A DNA stretch of 64,000 nt from Eledone cirrhosa (Eukaryota). The notes under the pieces are model-generated. The model ran no database searches, was not told where the DNA came from, and saw only the letters and a list, made by a program, of their open reading frames with translations. Of the stretch, positions 25,955 to 40,432 are shown piece after piece (the stretch's first letter is position 1; every line of letters begins with the position of its first letter). The DNA is taken from positions 74,648,001 to 74,712,000 of the forward strand of contig OZ024744.1 in NCBI GenBank assembly GCA_964016885.1, given 5' to 3'. The position numbers and the translations under genes are program-made.

Positions 25955-27822
25955 TTACCTTTTCGTTTCCTGGAGATCGGGTTGTTCAATCTCCATTTGG
26001 GTGCTGGATGGGGTGTTGGGTGGGGTGAGGAAACCTTTCAACAGGACGCGGTTGATGGCTTTGTGGCAGGGGTTGCCCACGTCCTGTGAAAATTTAATTT
26101 TTAGGTCTTTATAGGTTTCCATAGAAACCCTTATAAGTTTAAGGTGTGGAGACGATTCTGCCTTGACGAAAGTTTTGCCCTCCGTCTCCACCTTGGGGTT
26201 TCGGGAGATGACCTCCATCAAACTCTTGTTGTTTGTGTTGATGTATGCGTATTGTTGTTTGTGTTTTTGTTGTGTTGTTTTAGTTTGTTTTTCATCCGGG
26301 AGTTTTCTTTTTATGGTGGGTGCTTGTGTTTGGGGTGGTGTTGGTGCTGGTTTTGCTGATAGGGGGATGTTTGACTGTGGTGTTGTTTGCGTCTGTGGTT
26401 GTGTGTTGGTGTTGGTGATTGGAGTTTTGGGGGTTTTGTGGTGTCTCTTTTTTTGTTTTTTAGATTTCCGCGGTTCTCCCTTTTCTTCACTTAAAGAAGG
26501 AGAAGCAGCTTCATCCGTCGATGAATAATCATCGTCAGGTGTGTGGGGTAAGGGTATGTTGTGTGGTGGTGGTGGTGTTTCGGTATGTATGTTTGTGGTA
26601 GTGTTTGATGGAGTGGGATGGAGTGGGGATGTGTTCTTCAGGGGTGTTGTCTCTGTTTTTTCTGTTGTTGTTGGTTGAGTGTCTGTTTGTTTTGGTGTGG
26701 TTGCTCGTTTCGTCTGTCGTTGTACTTGTGGTGGTGGTGGTGGTTGTTTTGGTGTTGGTGTTGGTAATAGCGTTTTTTTTATGATGTTCCTGTTGTGTGT
26801 TTGTGGACAAGAGGCTTTTAGGTGAGATGTGCTACCACAGCGAAAGCAGTGAAATTTTCTTCCTTCTACCGAAATGCTTATTTTGTTGTTATTATCAATA
26901 ACGACTCTTTCGGGTATTTTGGAGATTCTCTCTGGATTCATTTGCAACAGAATCTCCAAATCGGTGCCCGCCCACCTTTGTCGAATGGATTTTCGTATCG
27001 AAAGTATTATGTCTGTTTCTGGCTCTACGAAGCCAGCCAAGATCCACCAGATGTTAATGCTTGGAGGTATGTTTTTTATTTTTATTTTTGTGTCCTTTTC
27101 CCCATGTATGTAGGGAAAAAGGTGTATGCTTTTGACACTATTGGTGTCACAGAGTTTTTTTGGGCGAGTGCCTCGCTTTTAAACAGTACGGAAACACTTC
27201 CGTACTGTTTTCCTCGCTGGAGAAAATCGACATTTCCTAGAATCTCCTTGAAAGAATCTTCTATATTTGCTTGGTTAACAAATGTCGGTTTTCTTGACGA
27301 ATTTGACACAGTCCTAAAAGTGACTGATCGGCGGTTTGTGTCTTCCTTTATTTCAAGGGGTCAGTTAATTCTAAACCCACCTCTTTCTTCGAAAGTTACA
27401 AATTTTCTCCCCTGCTGGAGCATATCTCTTGCGTTGGAGATATCAAGATTTATAAAATCTTTTTTCTTGTTGACTGTGTCAGCGAAAGACATTTTCTTTT
27501 TTTGTGTGGTGGTGTTGTTGATAATGATGTTATCGTTGTTGGAAATTTTATGTGTAGATGTATCTGTAGAATTGTTGATGTCTTTTTCATGTGTATGTAT
27601 GTCAATGGGTTTTTTTGCTGTGTTTTCCTGTGTGTTATTGTCATTTTTCTCCGCTTCGGCGGTAGAAATTGTAAAATTTTCAAATGTTGATATATTTTTT
27701 TCTTTTGTGACAGTTGTATCTATGGCAACGTCCATAGCAGCAGAAGAAGATATAACGTTAATATCTGCCTCTTTCTCTCTCTTTTCTCTATTAACGTTCT
27801 CCAGCGTTCTAGTGTTGCTCAA
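25955..27822 (-). pseudogene. LINE ORF1 (gag-like nucleic-acid-binding protein)
   Basis: CFRCGSTSHLKASC zinc knuckle and P/T/Q-rich tail; in-frame stop at 27361 and a frameshift near 27080. Confidence 0.85.
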
Positions 27823-28033
27823 GTTTTTTACTTTGTAAAATGTGATATTTTAAAACAAATTTTTCAAAATAAAATTTTCGCCCCTACAGGGGCGAAAAAT
27901 GGGATTACCACCCAGCTGACAATTCAGCTTGGGGGTTAATCTACAAAGTGTTGTATTTTTTCAAAAAATTAGATCGGTTTTTGCATAGAAATTAACAAAA
28001 AACTTACCGGCGATATTTCACACGTCAAACAGA

Positions 28034-28046
28034 AAGAGAGAGAGAG

Positions 28047-28125
<79 letters not shown>
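28034..28125. repeat. (GA)n(GATA)n microsatellite at the LINE 5' flank
   Basis: Direct reading. Confidence 0.95.
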
Positions 28126-28126
<1 letters not shown>

Positions 28127-28619
28127 TGGCCGATAGAGAGATTGTTTGATAGAGTGATAGATACACGAAACTATGTTATAAGGGTGAGATCGGACTCGGA
28201 AACGAGTTGTTGCTAAGTTAACACCTTAACCACACAGCCATGGCTGTTAGTTTACATATAAATATATATATATATACATTATATACATTATATATAGAAA
28301 CTGAACACGAAATAAATACATTTATGGAATGATGAAATAAACTTGTTTTGTAAATATGTATATGTATGTGTGGGTGGATATGTTGTAATGTAGATATATA
28401 GTATAGATAGACAATAGACTGACAGACATATAGACATTCAGACATATAGAAGAGTAGACAGAGATATATTTTCATAGTCGATGGAATTTTTGTATAGGGC
28501 AGTAAGAGTGAAAAGCGAAAAAGGTTGACAGATATATAACTTAACAGGCGACATCAATAACATTTCAATGATAAACATTGTTTAAAATAACAAACACACA
28601 AATACATAGTGTCAAAACT

Positions 28620-28773
28620 ATTTTTATTATTGTTATTACTATTATTATTATTGTCATTGTTGTTGTTATTATTGTTGTTGTTATTATTATTATTATTGCT
28701 TTTACTATTATTATTACTATTGTTATTGGTGTCTGTGTTGTTGTTCTTGTTGTTGTTGTTATTATTGTTGTTC

Positions 28774-28820
<47 letters not shown>

Positions 28821-28872
28821 ATTGCTGTTGTTGTTGTTGATATTGTTGTTGCCAATCTTATTGTTGTTATTA
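28620..28872. repeat. (TTA)n/(TTG)n compound microsatellite
   Basis: Direct reading; source of the poly-N, poly-L and poly-T ORFs. Confidence 0.95.
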
Positions 28873-29216
28873 TTGGCAGTATCGGTAGAAGGATCGGACG
28901 CCATGCTTTCCAGCATAGTTACAGCTCCTTTAGGATCTAAGTTCAAATCCCGCCGAGGTTGACTTTGCCTTTCATTCTTACGGGGTCGATAAAATAAAGT
29001 ACCAGTAATGTACTGGGTATTTGCTGGCCTTGTGCCAAAAGTAGAAACAATTATTATTGGCAGTATCCGTAGAGCGTCAGACATAATTTGAGGCATAGAG
29101 TTATGGCCCTTTACGTACTGAGTTCAAATCCCGCCGAGGTTAACTTTACCAGTAATGTACTGGTGTAATTGCTGGCCTTGTGCCTAAAGTAGAAACAATT
29201 ATTATTACTATTATTA
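28873..29216 (+). mobile_element. Two main-family SINE copies head-to-tail (second has an internal deletion)
   Basis: ttggcagtatc heads at about 28873 and 29057. Confidence 0.9.
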
Positions 29217-30212
29217 GCACCTGGTGACTGACACCTGGAATGTTGCCAGGCACTCACTGTCCTCTACCAAGCGGACAATGCGATCAGTGGAACTTCCACT
29301 CTCGAGTTCTATAGAGGATTAGTGGTGGGCAAGTGCGATGACGCACTCGGAGAAGCTTTGGACCTCGACGAAGTCGAACTGACCAGTCTGTACCGGAGGA
29401 TTTTCAAGCCGGGGACGATGGACAATTTCCAGAAATCCCTCGCTTGGCAGTGCTACCGGAGAGCACTGCCTGTTCGAGATAAACTCTACAGACAGGGAAG
29501 TGCTGTCAGACGGTCCTGTCGAAGATGCGCACAGAGCGACGAAACCGTTCTGCACGCACTTGTTCAATATCCGTCCATTACTGACTTGTGGAGTTATGTC
29601 GAACAGCTACTGTCGCGTGTTGAACGGATCCGGCTATCGGCCGAATCCATAGTGAAGATCGACCCACCGCCTTCCTTAGGTCGGGAAGAGCAGGAAATGT
29701 TCGTCTACTGGTGGCCGTTGCGAAAGAGGTTGTATGGTGGATCAGAATAAAAGGACTGAAGACAGATACTTTTCTCTTCGGCCAATCCCTCATCAACTTC
29801 TTCAAGTTTCACCAGGAAAGGAAGGTGAGGGTGGAGATAGAAGTTCTGCTCCCCAGTACATTTGCAAAAAGGTGGATGAATGTGGCGAGAATGGCCCGTG
29901 TGAATGGGCCTACTCTGACCATGCGCCTATAGGCTAGCTAACTTGAGGAGAGGGGTGCTCTCCCTGGGTGCCCTAGAACCGCAGGGTGGTTCAGGATTGG
30001 TGGGGTACCTGAGTCATCCCTGGGTCGTCCACCCCCTATAAGGGAATTTATTTTGTTATATTTATGCATAGTTTATTTTATATTTTTTATATCTTCATTG
30101 TTAAATTAGTCTTGCCATTGTGCACTTTTACTCGACCTTATTATAAACCCCCACTGTCCCTGTATCTGTATTGTCCCCTAGATGTCGGTCCTTGTGGCCA
30201 ATAAATGAATTC
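29217..30212 (+). mobile_element. 3' fragment of a related Tx1/L1-type LINE subfamily
   Basis: CDDALGEAL...LAWQCYRRALPVRDKL...CRRCAQSDETVLHALV; ends ccttgtggccaataaatgaa followed by (ATT)n. Confidence 0.92.
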
Positions 30213-30227
30213 ATTATTATTTTCATT

Positions 30228-30432
30228 AGGGCGGTGGATTGGCAGTATCAGTAGAGGGTCGGACACCATGCCTTGAAGCATAGAGTTACTACCCTTGCCA
30301 TTCTGAGTTCAAATCCCGCCGAGGTTAACTTTGCCTTTCATCCTTACCGGGGGCGATAAAATAAAGTACCAGTAATACACTGGGTATTTGCTGACCTTGT
30401 ACCAAAAGTAGAAACAATTATTATTATCATTA
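30228..30432 (+). mobile_element. Full-length main-family SINE
   Basis: ggcggtggattggcagtatcagtagag head, B-box-like gagttcaaatcc, conserved core, (ATT)n tail. Confidence 0.92.
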
Positions 30433-30837
30433 TTTTCATTATTGTTGCCATTCTTATTGTTGTTTCTGTTTTTTTGTTATTGTTTTTGCTGTTATACATG
30501 CTGTGGTTGTTGTCTCTTTGTTGTTGTTGTTGTTGATAATGTTGATGACGATGATGATGGTGATAAGGATGATGATGATGATGTTGATGTTATATAGTTT
30601 GGATTTTTGTTTTAAAACTGTTGTTTTATTTATTATTTTGATTATTGTTTGATTTTAAACAATTTTTTTTCTTACTTAATATATCAATATTTTATTTATA
30701 TTTCTGTTTTGTTCGATAAACATTTTTATTTATCTTTTACATTATTTATTTTTATATAATTTTTGTTTTAGCTACTGTAGTTTTTGTTGTATTTTTGTTG
30801 TTTGTTTTTTTTATTTTGTTTTTTGTCCCTCTTTATT

Positions 30838-32761
<1,924 letters not shown>

Positions 32762-33289
32762 GAAAATATTATATAGATATTTTAAGACGTTGAAATAAAC
32801 AAAATAACCAAAAACAATTGAAATGTCATAAATAAAGAATAAAGAGATCTACAATAGATAGATAGATAGTAAACTCTAACGAAACTTACTAGATATATTG
32901 TGTGTATGGCATGACAAAAATAGCGGCAAATGGTTGGCATAATTGAAGGCAAAATGAAAATTGAAATATCTGAAGTGTTCTTGTTATTATTGTTTATATT
33001 TTCTGTGTGATACTCCAAGACAGATTGTTCTTTCATATGTTGTGTATGAGGTCAACAAAACATCACCCTGCCAGATTACACTTAATTCATATAAGTTATG
33101 AGCAGAAAGGCTCAATTAAAATGTCTGGTGACTAGAGAAATGTGTGTTTGCGTATGTATGTAGTGTTGTATAGTAACTGTCTATATAAATAATGTGTATG
33201 CGTATTATGTGTATGTGTAATATGATACTATCCGTATTCATGTGTTTTTCTGCGTGCTTTTCTGTATATATGTATGTATATATACAAGC

Positions 33290-33367
<78 letters not shown>

Positions 33368-33372
<5 letters not shown>

Positions 33373-33553
33373 AGTTTATCCCGGTTCAATCGGGGGTAAC
33401 CACAGTAAGTAAGGTACTCAATACAAAGCAGAATAAACATATTTAATATAGAAAGGCTTCTACAGGAATAGAACTATTTCATTCGGGAGATATCATCAGG
33501 CTTCCTCATGATTTCTCCCGAATGAAGCAGTTTTAGTCCTGTAGAAGCCTTTG

Positions 33554-33560
<7 letters not shown>
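33368..33560. mobile_element. Family D fold-back element with two opposed hammerhead motifs
   Basis: 33445-33500 is the reverse complement of 33504-33559. Left arm (minus) CTGATGA...GAAA...GTA; right arm has helix I AGGCTTC/GAAGCCT. Confidence 0.8.
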
Positions 33561-33611
<51 letters not shown>

Positions 33612-34606
33612 CTGTGTGTGTATTTATATACAAGCCCATATATATATATACATACATGCATACACACAATTTTATGGAAGCAATTCATATATGTATTTAT
33701 GTGTGTGCTTTTATAATATTTGCGTATATATCTTTAACTTTATTGTGCAATTTAGTTATGTCCTCGTATTCGTAAATTTCGTCTGTGCTGACAAGTTTGA
33801 AAGTCTTCTCTGTCTAGATCCTTTTTTTCCCCATCAATTTTCCTGATGTTTTTGAAACCTTAGCTCTATTATATGTTCAGTATTTGAGTTTATTTTCAAA
33901 GTGAATATTAATTTATAAAGAAATATATATATGTGAAAAAAATAAGAGGTAGAATGATGCAAAAGAGGGATAAAATAATAATAATAAAAAATAATATTAT
34001 AACGGGAAACTCATAAATGTGAAATAAAGTGTATTACTCTTAAGCTTTATAATGGAAAAAAAAACCTTTCCATCAAGAAAAATAAACAGATCAAAAGTTA
34101 AGTTCATTATTTCTTGAAAATATTTATTGTTTGATGTCTTTGGCCCTTTTAAGAACAAGTTCTTGAAAATTTGGGTCGACAGATTTGGTTTATACTTTGC
34201 TTGGTTGAATCGCATAGTTAACGCTAAAAATACTTTCATTGATTTTTGTCTTTAATGCATTGACCTCACATTGTCACCCTATTTCTACGACAGTGATTCT
34301 CAGTTGATCAGTTTTCTCCATAAATTCTTGGCCCATTCCCCACTCTCATTCAGGTTACTGAGGTCAGCTCTCTTAATTCTCCTTCTATCAACTGCCATTA
34401 ATTTCTTTTTCGTGTTTTAAAATTATTTAACCCTTTCTTGTCATTTTGTTTCTGTAAATATTCAGCTTAAATAAAAAGTAAAATATTAGACTGTCATTTG
34501 AAAGTAGGTCATTGAAAGAATATCTAATTAGTATTCAAATTAAATATTTCATTCTTATCTCAACTTAAATATACTTCTTGCAATATATATATATATATTT
34601 ATATAC

Positions 34607-34985
34607 AAAAATTAGAATTGCTGCTCTGAAATAGCGATATATATATGAATGTATATATAGTGTATTTAGCAATACACTGAATGCTTAATTAAACGCATTT
34701 TGAAGACCTTACGCTATTGTTTTAAAGTAGTGACTATGTCACTTACTTCTTTTTTCAGCAAACAAAAGGAGACAAGCTGACAGATCTCTGTTTTATACTG
34801 TTGGTACTCCTCCGAGTTTAGCACTCCCCTTGCCTGCTGAAAATTATGAATGTTGGATTCTTATAGAATTCCAGTAATAATCAGGAACTGATTATACAGA
34901 GCGGTTGGTTCAGCAAAAATTGAAAATTAGAATTGGTGCTCTGAAATAGCGATATATATATATGAATGTATATATAGTGTATTTA
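34607..34985 (-). mobile_element. Family F: 316-bp unit with terminal redundancy and a decayed hammerhead (retrozyme/pLTR-like)
   Basis: 34607-34668 is repeated at 34923-34985. Minus-strand hammerhead fold at 34755-34840. Homologous to 40135-40432. Confidence 0.7.
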
Positions 34986-35634
34986 AACAATAGGACGTTA
35001 TCATTTCTATATGCATTTCATTGTTGTATTCTCACATACTTGCGAGCCTAATGGCCACAATAGCGTGTAGGATTTAGATAGGGTCCCAAGTGTAAATCTC
35101 TAAGTCTAAAATCATATTTTGGATTTCCCGTATTCGCGTCATTGAAATTCCTTTGAAATTAATTTCACAAGATAAACTCTATTTACATCAGCCTCAAAGA
35201 AGCAACGGGCTAGCCTTTACTTGGTCATATGATTTGCTAAAAATAACACCTCCATCTCTTACAACGCACATTCAAGGTGTAAGCATATCAAGTTGAGTAA
35301 TAGATATCTATTTGTATACAGTGTATAAAAAAAACAAGGAAAGGAAACTTAGTGTCACTGTCAGAAATCCTTCTGATAGGGACCTTCCTTGAACATAGCT
35401 AGGCTATATCCAATAATTGATATAAAGTAAAACATCACATTGATACAAAATAAAAGAAGTGTTTTCTCATTATTTTCCGTTTTCTGTCTATTATGCCGTC
35501 TATGTACTATGCATTAATGTTGACTTGTATCAAGACCGTGGATTTGCAGAATCGTTGCATCGTTGAATAAAATACATTCCGGTATTTAGTTACTAATATT
35601 TACAATTTTGATTTTAAATATCAAGGTCGATCTT

Positions 35635-35945
35635 TCTGGAACCAATGAAATAATGTACCAGTCAAGTACTGGAGTCAAAATAAACGATTTTTACCCTACT
35701 TCAGTTGACAAATTTTAAATCATTATTAATTATAACAGCGCAGTGGATTGGCAGTGTCGGTAGAGATATCGGACGCCATGCATTGAAGCATAGAGTTACG
35801 GCCCTTTACAGTTCCAGTTAAAATCCCGCCAAAGTTAACTTTGCCTTTCATCCTTACGAGGTCGATAAAATAAAGCACCAGAAATACACTGGGGTAATTG
35901 CTGGCCTTGTGCTAAAAGCAGAAACAATTATTAGTTAGAAAATAT
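35635..35945 (+). mobile_element. Main-family SINE (35738-35933) plus upstream flank duplicated at 51765
   Basis: Consensus match; flank tgaaataatgtaccagtcaagtactggagtc is shared with 51774-51804. Confidence 0.85.
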
Positions 35946-36413
35946 GCATAAATTTTGCCTAACACAATATATATCATCTGTTCCCAGTTATATATATTTG
36001 GTGACTGACTGTCGTCATGGATAAATAGATCACGATTCTCAACTTTTAAAAACCAGGACGAAATTAGTTTCACGTGCAAGGCAAATTTTTCTGAATCTGT
36101 ACTAAACTATTTCTTTTATCCTAATTCCATTGATTTTATTGTAATGGTATAATCAAGTATTGCATTATGTAACTCATATTTAAGATAATTAAGATAATAG
36201 AGACTAATTTGTCTGTTGTTTCTAATAGGTTCAACGAAAATGTAGAAGCTGAACCATATATGTACACCTAATGTCGGTTCGTTTATACATAAAATATCCA
36301 TCCGATGTTATAATCGGTATAAAAATAACATAGAAATTGATGTGTTTAGATAAATGCATACGTGTTCATCGTTTTAGTTGTCTGTAATCCCCTTAAACAA
36401 CATACAAATATAT

Positions 36414-36555
<142 letters not shown>

Positions 36556-36640
36556 GCAAAAGTTCTATTTAAAATTGTTGGGATACAACAAGTAAATATT
36601 TTATAACTGATATAAAGCACTCGACAAATTTTTGGAGTAG

Positions 36641-36736
36641 ATATACGATATTTAATAAATGGAAACTATATTTAAATAAATGGAAACTATATTTAAAATA
36701 TGGTTTTATAAATATAGTTTCCATTTATTTAATATC

Positions 36737-36742
<6 letters not shown>
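36641..36742. repeat. Short AT-rich inverted repeat with internal tandem duplication
   Basis: atatacgatatt...aataaatggaaactatattta (twice) versus taaatatagtttccatttatt...aatatcgtatat. Confidence 0.75.
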
Positions 36743-36779
<37 letters not shown>

Positions 36780-36957
36780 CGAAAATAGAGAAATTAATGT
36801 GAGCAAGAAGCCAACAGTATTTCATAATATATAAGTGACTATAACGTCAAGATGGAAAATATTTAACGTAATATATGGGAAAAGAATTCAATCTCAATTC
36901 AAAAAAAAAGTCAAGACAAAAATTTTATTCACAGATTTTGTGAAATCCAGGAAAAAA

Positions 36958-37039
<82 letters not shown>

Positions 37040-37304
37040 GATGTGCGCTATATATGTATGTATATGCATACATGTATATCTTTTAATATTATTATATATT
37101 TTAATATGTTTATGGCATTGGCACTAGTGATTACTTATCGTAGAATTGTAAACATTGTAATCTTTTGCAACGGATAACACGCTTTGTATAAAGAAATTTG
37201 TCACACTCTCCTTTATCGTAAATATATGCTCATTTAAATCTCATTCAACACGGCAATGTAAAAAAAACATTAGTTTAACCCTTTATTAATTATTCGTATT
37301 CCCA

Positions 37305-37520
37305 GGTGGTGGTTTGGCAGTATCGGTAGACCATCAGACATGCTTTCTGATATATATCAACATCATTTACGTTCTGAGTTCAAATCTTGCTGGTGTAGCT
37401 TTGCCTTTCATCCTTACAGAGTTGATAAAATAAAGTACCAGTAATGCACTGGGTCAATTTGATCGACTTCTCCTTCCCCAAAAATTGTTAGCCTTGTGCC
37501 TAAATCAGAAACCATCAATT
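37305..37520 (+). mobile_element. Main-family SINE (diverged)
   Basis: Consensus match. Confidence 0.85.
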
Positions 37521-38408
37521 ATAACCATTTCTTAACTAGAGTCTTCGATAAACAAAGTCAGCTCGTTGTAGATCAAATTATACATGTATTTGATATAAAC
37601 CTCGATTTTATTTTTGATACTTTCAAGCATGTCGTACATTTCCTGACATCTCCAATTTCAGAGTTGTGAATTAGCTGTATCGTCTGTCCAAGATCATGAA
37701 AGAACATAACATCTGTTGGATCCTTGCTTTAATTTGTGTCCTCAGAACACCTAATTGCATTTCTTCCCGCAATTGTTCGTACATAAGTATCTTTGTAAGC
37801 TGTTAATTTGGCATTCTTTGAAGCTGACAAATTCGTCGTGGCTGGGTAGGTAACACATTAACATCAATACTATTGAGTGTGTTTACCCTTTGCTTTCATT
37901 CTTTCTTTCACGCTGGAAGAAAAACAAAACGGCTGTGTTCTAAGTGGTGAAGAGACAAAAATGCGAAATATATTATCAGTAGATTATGTGGAACGTTTAT
38001 TATTGATTAACAGAGTGGGAGGGAAAGAAGAAAAAAAACAAGTAGCATTTCTCTGCAAGCTATGGCAACAGATATACGTGCAGTCAGTGAAATATATGGA
38101 ATGGGGAACAGAGCGAGAGATGAATAGATAGCGAAAGTAAAATGGAAAACAAATTAAGAAGATAGTGTTCTACAATAAAATATTTTAAATTACAGAGGTA
38201 ATCAGATTCTATAAAAACAAACTATAGAGATTGCGAGACTTATACAGTTAAAAAGACAGAGTTAACAGCAGACAGAAAGTGAGAATAAATATTGCTTGTA
38301 TGATATCGACATAGTGCCTGAAAATTAAGTGAAGAGATTGAAGCAGATTTATATAGTGGGAGATATATGAGAATGTATGTATGTATATATGTATGTATGA
38401 ATATATGT

Positions 38409-38474
38409 AAGATCCCGTTAAGGGTGAAAGCTGCGATTCTTTGCTTAAACTTTAATCTGTTATTTTAATAAATA
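38409..38474 (+). mobile_element. Family B fragment truncated inside the hammerhead core
   Basis: aagatcccgttaagggtgaaagctgcgattctttgcttaaactttaatctg. Confidence 0.8.
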
Positions 38475-38559
38475 TATATATATATTTGTCTAGAATAAAG
38501 AGAAATAACAACACAATCGACTATGTTGTTTAACAAAGAGTAGAACTGCTGATTACAGT

Positions 38560-39635
38560 TATTAAACGATCATGCAATAAATTGAACTTTCGACCTTATG
38601 CAATTTTGTAAACTTCGAAAATGTATATGACCGCGTTACTCGGAACATGTTATGGGAGGTTGTGCAGGAGTATGGGATCGATAGTCAGCTTCTTGCTGCC
38701 CTAATGTGTTCGAATAAATCGTGCTAAACCGAAATCATCCAATGTTGGAATCGACCTCCTCCAAGGGTGCTAACTATCACCTCGCCTCTTCATTATTTTT
38801 TCCATGAAAAGGATTGACATACTCAGCCGGGTTAGAAGTGGTATCATGGCTGGCGGGTGTAAAATCAGTCGGCTGGAATTTGCAGACGACAAGGTGTTAT
38901 TTAACTCGATAAAATGTGATCTCCAACTTGCACACGATAGGGTTGATGCCGAGTGCCGCATTGCTGGAATGAAACTCAGCGCAACGAAAATTGAGACACT
39001 CGTCCTATCAAGCAAGCCTGCGCAGTGCACTCTATATGTAAATGGACTTCCACTGAAGCAGTTGGAGAGTTTCACGTATCTCGGGTCCGTGTTCCTGAGT
39101 GATTCAATTCAGGAGGCTAAATTAAGTGCAAGAATTGCAGGAGCTGGTGCAATAACGTGCCAGGTTCAGCATTCGGTAATCCGAAGAAAGGATGTACGTG
39201 AAAAAGCCAGACTAGCTATCTTCAGTTAGGTATTCGTGTCAAACCTTACGTATTGTAATGAATCTTGGATAATGACTGAAAGAATACGATGGCGAATACA
39301 AGCAGCCGAAATGAGGTTCTACCGAAGTATCTTTGAAGTAACGTTACTCGATTGAGTGCGAAGCTCGGAAATCATGGAGTAGAACCATTATTTCTCCTAA
39401 TGAAGAGGTCACAGCTCCGATACTATGGGCATGTTGTTAGAATGTCTGAGGAAAGAATCACTGGACGGATTTTACGGACCAAAATGATTGGATAACATCC
39501 ATGAACTCCGCTCGTCTAACTTGGGGATCCAGCCGGATCAGTTGGAGTGGATTGTTTCTGACAGGACCCACCGGAGTGTGTGTTTGAAGACTCTGCCGCT
39601 ACGACCCTCTCGGGAATGAGTGGGGGAAGAAGAAC
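38560..39635 (+). mobile_element. Decayed RTE-like LINE RT and 3' end
   Basis: FVNFENVYDRV...LWEVVQEYGI, QGC.LSP, SRLEFADD, ESFTYLGS, ESW..T...IQAAEMRF, WIDNI; ends in (GAA)n-like sequence. Confidence 0.85.
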
Positions 39636-39915
39636 ACGAGCTCGAGTTGGTGGAATGGGTAGGAAGAGCAGTATCTATCCGTCGATCCCAGTGAAATATT
39701 TATCATGGAAATGAAAATAAACCTAAATATGGCCTACGTTATATTTAATAATCTCTCTCTTTCTCTCTCTCGCTCTCCCTATCTCTCTCTTTTTTTCACT
39801 ATAAATCTCCCTCTCTAAATCTGTATGTATATTTATATATATATATAATATAATGTATATATATATATATACATATATATATACATATATGTATATATAT
39901 ATATACATATATATA

Positions 39916-39977
<62 letters not shown>

Positions 39978-39980
39978 TAC

Positions 39981-40099
<119 letters not shown>

Positions 40100-40134
40100 A
40101 ATACATATACATATATGTATATACATATATATAT

Positions 40135-40432
40135 GTTAGAATTGATGCTCTGAAATAGCTATATATATATATATGAATGTATATATAGTGTATTTTGCAA
40201 TGCACTGTATGCTTAATTAAAAGCTGATATTTACTAGAATTCTATAAGAACCAAACATCCATGATTCAGCAAACAGGGGGAGTAGTTGGCTTTGATAAGC
40301 ATCAATAAATGCGAAACGAGGCCTTGTCAGCTTTAACTCCCCCTGTTTGCTGAAATTAAAGTAAGTGAGTCTGTCACTACTCTAAAACAATAGCAAAAGG
40401 TCTTCGAATTGCTTTTATTTAAGCATACAGTG
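40135..40432. mobile_element. Family F element with partial inversion
   Basis: 40135-40225 is collinear with 34611-34700, then inverted. cactgtatgcttaattaaaagc is mirrored by gcttttatttaagcatacagtg. Confidence 0.8.
40265..40354 (+). ncRNA. Type I hammerhead with U3-A8 core and long helix I (family F)
   Basis: TTCAGCAAACAGGGGGAGT...GGCT-TTGATAA-GCAT caataa ATGC-GAAA-CGAG gc CTTG-TC-AGCT...ACTCCCCCTGTTTGCTGAA. Confidence 0.75.

Larger units (their letters stand above)
22296..28035 (-). mobile_element. Near full-length Tx1/L1-clade LINE (5' UTR, ORF1, ORF2, 3' UTR)
   Basis: ORF1 with CCHC knuckle, ORF2 with APE endonuclease, RT and C-terminal CCHC, AATAAA at the 3' end, (GATA)n on both flanks. 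Confidence 0.95.

Noticed and set aside
26822-27838. 338-aa plus-strand ORF
   Set aside because: Antisense shadow of LINE ORF1, starts at a non-ATG codon, no recognisable motif.
37560-37860. Higher-complexity stretch that could be an exon
   Set aside because: No convincing open frame with splice sites or protein motif; small host exons here or elsewhere cannot be excluded without transcript data.
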